From an uncultured Candidatus Saccharibacteria bacterium (GTDB taxonomy: Bacteria > Patescibacteriota > Minisyncoccia > Phycocordibacterales > PALSA-1337): a DNA stretch of 64,000 nucleotides. The stretch lies in contig CAZBVQ010000001.1 in NCBI GenBank assembly GCA_964495685.1, positions 169,521 to 233,520 of the forward strand. Direction: 5' to 3'. Of this stretch, positions 1 to 7,495 are shown one piece after another (the first letter of the stretch is position 1; each line of letters starts with the position of its first letter). Both the position numbers and the translations under genes were made by a program. Under the pieces are notes generated by a model. It worked only from the letters and a program-made list of their open reading frames with translations, ran no database searches and had not been told where the DNA came from.

Positions 1-692
1 AAATAGGGCGTTGTGATGTACATATATTTGCGTGCACTGCGAATAGCGTCGACCAGCTCGGCGTAGATATGCCTGCGGCCGGGTGCCGGATAGTTGGTGA
101 TGTAGCGGAATTCACGATCACGTGCGTGTGTGCGTCTGGGGAGTGGTTTCTGGTCGGTGGCACGTCCCCACATACGGTCGAATGCATTGCTCATTTCTTT
201 GACGACTGGACCTTCGAACCTCACATTGGTATCGCGCCAATTTTTCATACTGTCGCGCACCGAAATGCTGCCAGTGTAAGAGATACGACCATCGACAACG
301 AGTGTGCGGCGATGGTTGCGGAAATACCACGAGCGGAAATTGGGGACACGGAAATAGCTCGGGATGAGGGTTTTCCAAAATACGAGGTGAATACCTCGGT
401 CACGAAGGGTGGTCACCATGTCTGATCCAAATATGGTGAAACTGCCGGCAGCGTCCCACAAGAAGCGCACGTGGACTCCTGCTGCTGCACGTTCAGCACA
501 GACGTCGATCAGTTTTTTGCCGAGGTCATCGTTTACGAAGATGAATTGTTCGAGGGATATGCTGGTCGTCGCGCGGGCACAATCGGCTAGAATGGCGTCC
601 CAGGCTTCTTTGTTCGAAGCGTAGAGGGTCCACTGCGTCGCTCTCCCTTTGGTCGAGCTATGCAGTGCAGGCATGAGTGTAGGGGAGGTCAT
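1..692 (-). CDS. Phospholipase D / cardiolipin synthase-family protein (N-terminal part; continues beyond position 1)
   Basis: Not in the ORF track. Manual translation from ATG 692: MTSPTLMPALH...EAWDAILADCARATTSISLEQFIFVNDDLG...AAAGVHVRFLWDAAGS...RNHRRTLVVDGRISYTGS...WRDTNVRFEGPVV, which is the Cls-like first PLD domain. TATACT lies 7 nt upstream. Confidence 0.8.
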   Translation of the reverse strand, partial: MTSPTLMPALHSSTKGRATQWTLYASNKEAWDAILADCARATTSISLEQFIFVNDDLGKKLIDVCAERAAAGVHVRFLWDAAGSFTIFGSDMVTTLRDRGIHLVFWKTLIPSYFRVPNFRSWYFRNHRRTLVVDGRISYTGSISVRDSMKNWRDTNVRFEGPVVKEMSNAFDRMWGRATDQKPLPRRTHARDREFRYITNYPAPGRRHIYAELVDAIRSARKYMYITTPY

Positions 693-809
693 AGGAGATA
701 GTATATAGGGAAAGATGGAAAAATGTAATGTCGTAGTGAAACAAAAAACTGCGTAGCACTAGGCTGCGCAGCTGTCGCGTGTCTGTCAAGACACGAGAGA
801 TCATGGGGA

Positions 810-1316
810 TCAAGGCTTCATCTTCGACGCAGTGTGCATTAATATGCAGCCAACGAAGAAGAATACAAGCCCGCAAAACATGATCATCGCAGTCCTCTCG
901 GACGGACCCTCTGCAATGCTCATTGTCGCAAGGTCGAAAATGGCCGATGAAAGTAATGATAACCAAGCAATAAAGATCGCGGACATACCAGATTGCCACA
1001 ATCTTCGAGGGGTTCCACGCCTCGGGCACGCCGGGACCTCGATATGTGGGCGCCGGGTATTATTTTTGTCCAGTGTGAATAGGGAGGCGCTTGTTAACAT
1101 ACCAAACAAGCAACCGAGCATGGTCGCTGTTTCTTTTTCAGAGCCCCTTTCCCACCAGTGGTGATAGGTTGCATGGTAGATACCAGTACCGAGCATACCC
1201 AAGAAAAAGAGGGCGGCTGATAATAGTCCCATTCTGGCCCATGGACCGATGTGACGTTTTGTTTTGCCGAAGAACTTTTTTTCGAGCAAAATCTCGAGAT
1301 CAGATTTTTCTAACAT
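810..1316 (-). CDS. Hypothetical membrane protein (~4 TM)
   Basis: 168 aa ORF with four hydrophobic segments; AGAAAGGA upstream of the ATG. Confidence 0.6.
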   Translation of the reverse strand: MLEKSDLEILLEKKFFGKTKRHIGPWARMGLLSAALFFLGMLGTGIYHATYHHWWERGSEKETATMLGCLFGMLTSASLFTLDKNNTRRPHIEVPACPRRGTPRRLWQSGMSAIFIAWLSLLSSAIFDLATMSIAEGPSERTAMIMFCGLVFFFVGCILMHTASKMKP

Positions 1317-1386
1317 GACAGGATCCTTTCTGTTGAGTTCAATTACATTCTAACATGACTGATTTTAAATATGCTACCATATTCCC

Positions 1387-1836
1387 ATGGTAAATCTGGT
1401 CGACAACTCAAAAGTCCACTTCAATTATGAAATCCTCGAGAAATACGAGGCGGGTATTGAGCTCTTGGGTTTTGAGGTCAAATCACTCAAGGCGGGCCAC
1501 GGATCACTCGATGGAGCGTATGTGTTGGTACGAGGTGGGGAGGCGTACCTGACCAACCTCTTTATTCCACCATATCAGGAAAATAATACTCCCAAGGGAT
1601 ACGAACCACGAAGAAATCGTCGATTGTTGCTGGCAAAAAAAGAAATTGCGGAGCTGGCATCCAAAGAGTCAGGGAAGATGGGGTTGACAGTAGTGCCAAT
1701 TTCAATATATAATAAATCCAATCTCATCAAGGTTTCTGTCGCCGTCGTGCGTGGTAAGAAGAAGCATGACAAACGCGAGTCGATCAAGAAACGAGAGGTG
1801 GATAGAGAGGTGAGAAGGGAGTTTAGAGATCGTTGA
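1387..1836 (+). CDS. smpB: SsrA-binding protein SmpB
   Basis: YEAGIELLGFEVKSLK, RRLLLAKKEI and RGKKKHDKRESIK motifs; adjacent to tmRNA. Confidence 0.97.
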   Translation: MVNLVDNSKVHFNYEILEKYEAGIELLGFEVKSLKAGHGSLDGAYVLVRGGEAYLTNLFIPPYQENNTPKGYEPRRNRRLLLAKKEIAELASKESGKMGLTVVPISIYNKSNLIKVSVAVVRGKKKHDKRESIKKREVDREVRREFRDR

Positions 1837-1861
1837 AAGGGAAATAATGTTCGCATTTCCT

Positions 1862-1943
1862 CCAGAGTTTCTGGTCGAAAATTTTTTGCGACTCCGTCGC
1901 AAAAAATTGTTCGATCCGAATTTTCCTGGATAGGAAAATTCGG
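1862..1943. repeat. Three abutting hairpins between smpB and tmRNA
   Basis: ccaga-gtt-tctgg; tcgaaaattttttgcgac-tcc-gtcgcaaaaaattgttcga (1875-1914); ccgaattttcct-ggat-aggaaaattcgg (1916-1943). Confidence 0.7.
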
Positions 1944-2318
1944 GGATGATCGGCATAGACAACCGACCATGTTCGTTCGTGCGGCGTGAGCACCAGTAAC
2001 TCATAAATCTGCTGGAAAATCTAAATGCTAAATCAACCGTTTCTCCGTATTTCGGAGCTAAGGACTTTGCATTCGCTCTTGCATAAAGAGTGCGCGTACT
2101 TCGAGGGATTCTGACTCGGAGACTACGTGTTATAACCTGAATGTAGGGAAGATGGGAGTTCTCGACCCATTGCCCGAACCAAAGAGATCGTGACGTTGTG
2201 TTTTGTCTGCTTTAGAGCAACGTCATTAAAGCGCCAGCTGGCGCTTCAAAGCTTTCTACCGCCGTAGAATCGTTCGACGCATATCAGTTGCACGCGAGTT
2301 CGATTCTCGCCATCTCCA
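1942..2318 (+). ncRNA. ssrA: tmRNA; predicted tag (A)AKSTVSPYFGAKDFAFALA* at 2027-2086
   Basis: 5' GGGGATG pairs with 3' CATCTCC-A (includes a G-U pair); T-arm GCGAG-TTCGATT-CTCGC; internal tag ORF ends in ALA-stop; downstream of smpB. Confidence 0.92.
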
Positions 2319-2394
2319 CAACATTCCATGCCTTGAACAGTCAAGGCATGATACACTAGAGTACATAGAGCACCATCGTGCTGTTCTTCGTGTC

Positions 2395-3987
2395 ATGAAC
2401 ATCCACCTCATCATCCACAATGTCGCCTCCATCTTTTCTGCGATCATTATTTTGGGGATGGGCATTTTCACGTACCTCAATGATCGACGAAGTGCCGCGA
2501 ATATCACTTTCGCACTTATGCTCGTCGGGGCATCAGTGTTCTCGATTTCACACGTCATAGGCGTCAACATCGCTGACCCCTTACTTTCACGGAGCATTCT
2601 CATGTTTAATTTGTGCATGTTTCCGGTCGGAGGATTCCTGCTCCATTCGATACTCGAGCTCGTGGGCGAAGGCAAGTCTCAGCGTTGGCTGATCATCATG
2701 ACCTATATCGTAGCCGGTCTCCTGACGGTATTTTTTGTGTGGCAACCAGATACATTCTTGCTCCCCTCGATCCCCAAGATGTATTTCCCGAATTATTATG
2801 AGCCGGGAATACTCAACTGGACGCGCCTTGTATTTCTCGATGTGATCATATTTCCATACATCCTCTATTGTCTTGCTCGTGCATATCGTAGATCTGGAAT
2901 CGGCGCCGCACGCAATCGATACGCATACTTCATTATTGCCCTTGTGTGTGGATTCTGCGTCGTGTTCATTCCCAATTTCCTTGTTGCTGATATTACCATC
3001 GACCCGCTCCTTGGTATGGTATTCGCAGTTATATGTATGATTCCATTCGCATACGGAGCTATCGCCTACGAACTCTTCAATATCAAAGTTATTGCCAAAC
3101 AGGCATTCATATATGCGATCAGCATCGCATTCGCGGGTGGGGGACTCACACTGCTCACCTGTGCAGGTATCTGGATTCGTGATGTATATCCTGGCTTTCC
3201 CGCATGGACCATCGCACTTGCTTCGGCAGTGATCGCGGTCACGGCGAGTTTCATTGTGTGGTTACGTCTTCGCGAGAATGATGTCTTGAAATATGAATTC
3301 ATCACAACAGTGACACACAAGTTCCGTACACCGCTCACACAGATACGATGGGCCACAGAAGAATTATCAGCATTGCATACGGACGATGCTGGACGTCAGC
3401 AGATACGCTATATCCAGACGGCCAATGCCAAACTGGTCGAGCTCATCGACATCCTTGCAGCCGCATCGGCCGCCGATAGTGCCAGCCATGAATATACATT
3501 TGAGCCCAACAATCTATCACGGATAACTCTCGAAGCAGTCTCACCGTATGTATCTCGAGCGGCCGAAAAACATATCACACTGGAAAGTCGTATTGATCCA
3601 GGTGTTCGAGTCATGTGTGATGCCGCCAAGATCCATTTCGTGATACAGACACTGGTCGGGAATGCTCTCGTATATACCCAGGCCGGTGGAACAATAACGG
3701 TTGTGTTGTCGGCGGATACTACACATGCAACGTGCATCGTGCGTGATACGGGTATCGGCATGAATGGGGCCGAAATTTCTCGGGTATTTTCCAAGTTTTA
3801 TCGGAGCACCTCGGCACAGAGTATTGATACCGAAGGGTTGGGTATCGGTCTGTATATGGCCAAGAAGATACTCGATCGACATCATGGCCGGATACACGCG
3901 TCATCTGCAGGTGGAGGCAAGGGGAGTGAATTCTCGTTCAGACTTCGTCGGCTGAGTGCAGATGACAGCCAGACGACAATCAGATAA
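2395..3987 (+). CDS. Membrane sensor histidine kinase (multi-TM N-terminus, HisKA + HATPase_c)
   Basis: Many TM helices; H-box THKFRTPLT; N-box GNALVYT; G1 DTGIG; G2 GLGIGL. Confidence 0.9.
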   Translation: MNIHLIIHNVASIFSAIIILGMGIFTYLNDRRSAANITFALMLVGASVFSISHVIGVNIADPLLSRSILMFNLCMFPVGGFLLHSILELVGEGKSQRWLIIMTYIVAGLLTVFFVWQPDTFLLPSIPKMYFPNYYEPGILNWTRLVFLDVIIFPYILYCLARAYRRSGIGAARNRYAYFIIALVCGFCVVFIPNFLVADITIDPLLGMVFAVICMIPFAYGAIAYELFNIKVIAKQAFIYAISIAFAGGGLTLLTCAGIWIRDVYPGFPAWTIALASAVIAVTASFIVWLRLRENDVLKYEFITTVTHKFRTPLTQIRWATEELSALHTDDAGRQQIRYIQTANAKLVELIDILAAASAADSASHEYTFEPNNLSRITLEAVSPYVSRAAEKHITLESRIDPGVRVMCDAAKIHFVIQTLVGNALVYTQAGGTITVVLSADTTHATCIVRDTGIGMNGAEISRVFSKFYRSTSAQSIDTEGLGIGLYMAKKILDRHHGRIHASSAGGGKGSEFSFRLRRLSADDSQTTIR

Positions 3988-4003
3988 TATAGTTTCGTAT
4001 CAT

Positions 4004-4891
4004 ATGTATTCATACGTTTCAGTCAGACATGGTCTCGCATTCATCGCCGGCGCTATGGTGGTCGCTGCTCTGGTTATGTCAGTCGACTATCTCAATTCAT
4101 ATATCAGTCAGCATATACCCACATTCCCTTTGTGGGTGCTCCCGGGAAGTATCGGCGTTATCAGCATGCTGATCGTATTCACTGTCAGACGACGATTGCT
4201 CGAATCAGATTTTCTCAAATTTCAATTTGTCGATGTGGTCACACACAAGTTCCGTACACCACTCACGCATATCAAGTGGTCTGCTGAGGCGCTCCGATCT
4301 GAGACTGATGCACAGGCGCGAGCTCGTGCTCTCGATGTGATCGAGCAGGCAGATGGGCGATTGTTCGAGATGACCGAGAGTTTGGTCGGATTGTCACGGG
4401 CTGATGATCGGATGTATCGATATGCATTCGTCCCCGAGAATATCGTCGACGTGCTCAATGAGACATTGGCCGTCGTCGAAGATGAGGCACGCGCCAAACA
4501 CGTACGTTTCGTGTTGCATATTCAAGACCGGTTGCCGCATGTTCTGGTCGATCGCAAACGTATCCAGTTCGTCTTGCAGATGATTGTAGAGAATGCGGTT
4601 GTCTATTCGCGGGCATCGAGCAGTGTACATATCGATGTCGAGCAACGGCGTGCATTCATATACATTGCCGTACGTGATACAGGTATCGGTATTTCTCCTG
4701 TTGACATGTCGCGATTGTTCTCACGATTTTTCCGGGCTTCCAATGCAGCAGAAGTCCACACCGAAGGTTTGGGTATCGGATTGTCAGTCTCCCGTGACAT
4801 TATGAAGCGTCATGGAGGTGATCTGTGGGCCGAATCTGCTGGCACAGGCAAGGGGTCAACATTCTATATGAAGCTTCCTCTCGAGAAGTGA
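4004..4891 (+). CDS. Sensor histidine kinase (2 TM, HisKA + HATPase_c), paralog of the upstream gene
   Basis: THKFRTPLT, ENAVVYS, DTGIG, FFRA, GLGIGL; ATG 4004 chosen as start. Confidence 0.88.
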   Translation: MYSYVSVRHGLAFIAGAMVVAALVMSVDYLNSYISQHIPTFPLWVLPGSIGVISMLIVFTVRRRLLESDFLKFQFVDVVTHKFRTPLTHIKWSAEALRSETDAQARARALDVIEQADGRLFEMTESLVGLSRADDRMYRYAFVPENIVDVLNETLAVVEDEARAKHVRFVLHIQDRLPHVLVDRKRIQFVLQMIVENAVVYSRASSSVHIDVEQRRAFIYIAVRDTGIGISPVDMSRLFSRFFRASNAAEVHTEGLGIGLSVSRDIMKRHGGDLWAESAGTGKGSTFYMKLPLEK

Positions 4892-4949
4892 GGTGGTCAT
4901 CAGGTGGGCGTACCATTTCCTTTCTGGCCATTTTCTGTATAATCAGCCC

Positions 4950-6872
4950 ATGACTTCATTAGGTCACCAGCAATCACATACTCCCAAGAAAGGGGGCAAG
5001 CATACGATGCCGTCACGTATGAATTTCCTCAACATTGTACTTATCGTGGTACTTGGTTTTTTCCTCATTATAGGTGTGTATGCCGAATTTGGTCGTTCGG
5101 ATACTGATTCGAGTCGGGTGTCTATCTCAGTCCTAGCTACTGATATCGAAAAAGGTCAGGTGTCACGTCTCAGCGTCAACGGCGATCAGGTCACCGCTGA
5201 ATATGTCGATGCATCTGTCAAAATTGCTCAGAAGGAATCAGACTCATCTCTTTCGGAGAGTCTCATACGTTTCGGTGTGACGCAGAAACAATTGGCTTCG
5301 ACGACTATTACCGTGAATGATCCTAGCGGACTAGGATATTGGCTCGGTCAGCTCGCACCATTCTTGGCACCCATCATCTTCCTCGTATTCTTCATCTGGA
5401 TCCTCTCGCGCCAAGTCAAAGGTGCTGGCGTCCAAGCACTCTCATTCGGTCAGTCCAAGGCGCGTATCACCATGCCTGATGACAAGAAGCAGAAGGTGAC
5501 GTTCAAGGATATCGCTGGCGCAAAAGAAGCCAAGCAAGAATTGTCGGAGATCGTGGACTTCCTGAAGAATCCGCGCAAGTTCATCGAGATTGGTGCAGAA
5601 ATCCCCAAGGGTGTGCTCCTCATGGGTGCACCAGGTACCGGTAAGACACTCCTTGCTCGCGCAGTTGCTGGCGAGGCAAATGTCGCATTCTTCTCCATTT
5701 CAGGATCTGAATTCGTCGAGATGTTCGTCGGTGTAGGAGCGTCTCGTGTTCGTGATCTATTCAAGATGGCCAAGGAGGCGGCGCCAGCTATTGTCTTCGT
5801 AGATGAAATTGATGCAGTCGGTCGTGCTCGTGGCTCTGGTATGGGTGGTGGCAATGACGAGCGTGAACAAACGCTCAACCAAATTCTAGTCGAAATGGAT
5901 GGTTTCGAACCCAATGAGAAGGTCATAGTCATGGCGGCCACCAACAGACCTGATGTGCTCGACCCAGCCCTGCTTCGTCCAGGACGTTTCGATCGTCGTG
6001 TCACTATCGATCTGCCTGACAGGGGAGATCGTCAGGAGATTCTCAAGATTCATGGTGCCAAGAAGCAGTTGGCTGAGGATGTGAATATTTCCGTTGTCGC
6101 TGAGCGTACCCCTGGATTCTCTGGTGCAGATCTGGCTTCGCTCATGAATGAAGCGGCAATCCTGGCTGCGCGTGAAGACCGCAAGAAGATAGGGCAGTTC
6201 GATCTGATCCGTTCTATCGAGAAGGTCATGCTCGGGCCTGAGCGCCGTAGTCACGTCTTGTCTGTACAAGAAAAAGAGATTACGGCATATCATGAGGCCG
6301 GTCACGCTATAGTCGCCTCAGTTCTTCCGCATGCTGATCCGGTGCACAAGATTTCTATCATCTCTCGTGGACGTGCTGCTGGGTATACCTTGAAATTACC
6401 GCTGGAAGATCGCAAGCTCCAGTCGCGTAAGGAGTTCCTCGATGATATCGCCGTTTCACTCGGCGGATATGTTGCGGAGCGTATGATATATGATGATTTC
6501 ACTACTGGTGCTTCAAATGACCTCCAAGTCTCTACTTCTTTGGCTCGCGCCATGGTTACGCAGTACGGTATGTCAGAGAAGATTGGTCCGGTGGCACTCG
6601 AGAGTCCAGCGGGTAAAGTACTCTTCGGTCAGGGAGTTTCAGATCGCGATTATTCAGAGAAGGTTGCTGCCGAAGTCGATGCTGAGGTTACGCGCATCAT
6701 GACCGAGGCACGCACTCTCGCTGAGCAGACACTCAAGGAGCATGAGAAAGCGTTTGAAGCAGTAACACAGAGGTTGGTCGAGAAGGAGACGGTTGAACGT
6801 GATGAATACGAGGCGATCATTGCTGCGCACGGGATTAAGATCAAGAAGAAGGAGGAGGTGAAAGTTGTGTAG
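4950..6872 (+). CDS. ftsH: ATP-dependent zinc metalloprotease FtsH
   Basis: Two TMs, Walker A GAPGTGKT, Walker [36 protein letters not shown]; TATAAT 6 nt before ATG 4950. Confidence 0.97.
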   Translation: MTSLGHQQSHTPKKGGKHTMPSRMNFLNIVLIVVLGFFLIIGVYAEFGRSDTDSSRVSISVLATDIEKGQVSRLSVNGDQVTAEYVDASVKIAQKESDSSLSESLIRFGVTQKQLASTTITVNDPSGLGYWLGQLAPFLAPIIFLVFFIWILSRQVKGAGVQALSFGQSKARITMPDDKKQKVTFKDIAGAKEAKQELSEIVDFLKNPRKFIEIGAEIPKGVLLMGAPGTGKTLLARAVAGEANVAFFSISGSEFVEMFVGVGASRVRDLFKMAKEAAPAIVFVDEIDAVGRARGSGMGGGNDEREQTLNQILVEMDGFEPNEKVIVMAATNRPDVLDPALLRPGRFDRRVTIDLPDRGDRQEILKIHGAKKQLAEDVNISVVAERTPGFSGADLASLMNEAAILAAREDRKKIGQFDLIRSIEKVMLGPERRSHVLSVQEKEITAYHEAGHAIVASVLPHADPVHKISIISRGRAAGYTLKLPLEDRKLQSRKEFLDDIAVSLGGYVAERMIYDDFTTGASNDLQVSTSLARAMVTQYGMSEKIGPVALESPAGKVLFGQGVSDRDYSEKVAAEVDAEVTRIMTEARTLAEQTLKEHEKAFEAVTQRLVEKETVERDEYEAIIAAHGIKIKKKEEVKVV

Positions 6873-6924
6873 GGTTGACTTTCAAAAAATAGAGAGTAGG
6901 CTTTCCAGCGAGAAAGGATCTTTC

Positions 6925-7317
6925 ATGACTACGCGATATTTTTTTCAGTGTTGTAGAGAGTTGGTTAGTCTAAAGTGGAAAGTTGTGCTGAATCGCTCTG
7001 GTTACATATTTGTGTACAACTGGACCAACCGACTAATTGCTGATAGTACGGCATGTCTCCATCCCGCGGTTGCTGTTGCACTTGAAGTCAAAGGGTGTCG
7101 TCCTACCGGTCAGGCCGATATTGATGTTCCTGTTTCGATTAGCGTTCTCGCATTGCCAGCTGGTTTTGGTCCTCGATTAAATCAGGCTGTAGCTCGTGGA
7201 GAAGGACTTCCGAAGGATGCGATAGAAGTCAGAGAAGCGCTCTTGCACTATCTTGGTTCCCATAATCTCTACCAGCCGCCGCTCGACTCTATTCGAGGAG
7301 TGAAGATTATCGAATGA
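6925..7317 (+). CDS. Hypothetical protein
   Basis: ORF with AGAAAGGA upstream of ATG 6925, followed by a terminator-like hairpin. Confidence 0.5.
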   Translation: MTTRYFFQCCRELVSLKWKVVLNRSGYIFVYNWTNRLIADSTACLHPAVAVALEVKGCRPTGQADIDVPVSISVLALPAGFGPRLNQAVARGEGLPKDAIEVREALLHYLGSHNLYQPPLDSIRGVKIIE

Positions 7318-7338
7318 CATTTCGTGGGTCTTGTCCTT

Positions 7339-7368
7339 AAGCGCGCCGGTGATGTTGGCGTGCTTTTT
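7339..7368 (+). terminator. Probable intrinsic terminator
   Basis: aagcgcgccg-gtgatg-ttggcgtgctt followed by a T-run. Confidence 0.55.
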
Positions 7369-7410
7369 ATTAGTTGTATCAATCTTCAGTTTATCCTATG
7401 ATGATGACAC

Positions 7411-7484
7411 CCGCCCCTAGCTCAGCTGGTTAGAGCATCGAGCTTATACCTCGAGGGTCCTTGGTTCGAGTCCAAGGGGGCGGA
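7411..7484 (+). tRNA. tRNA-Ile(UAU)
   Basis: Acceptor CCGCCCC/GGGGCGG, A73; anticodon arm TCGAG-CT-TAT-AC-CTCGA; T-loop TTCGAGT. Confidence 0.9.
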
Positions 7485-7495
7485 CAAAATATAGG

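Noticed and set aside
69-1164. Track ORFs 69-425, 118-378, 409-624, 658-1029 and 832-1164
   Set aside because: Shadows of the minus-strand PLD gene and of 810-1316; no recognisable motifs. The same applies to the many short antisense or alternate-frame ORFs over the housekeeping genes.
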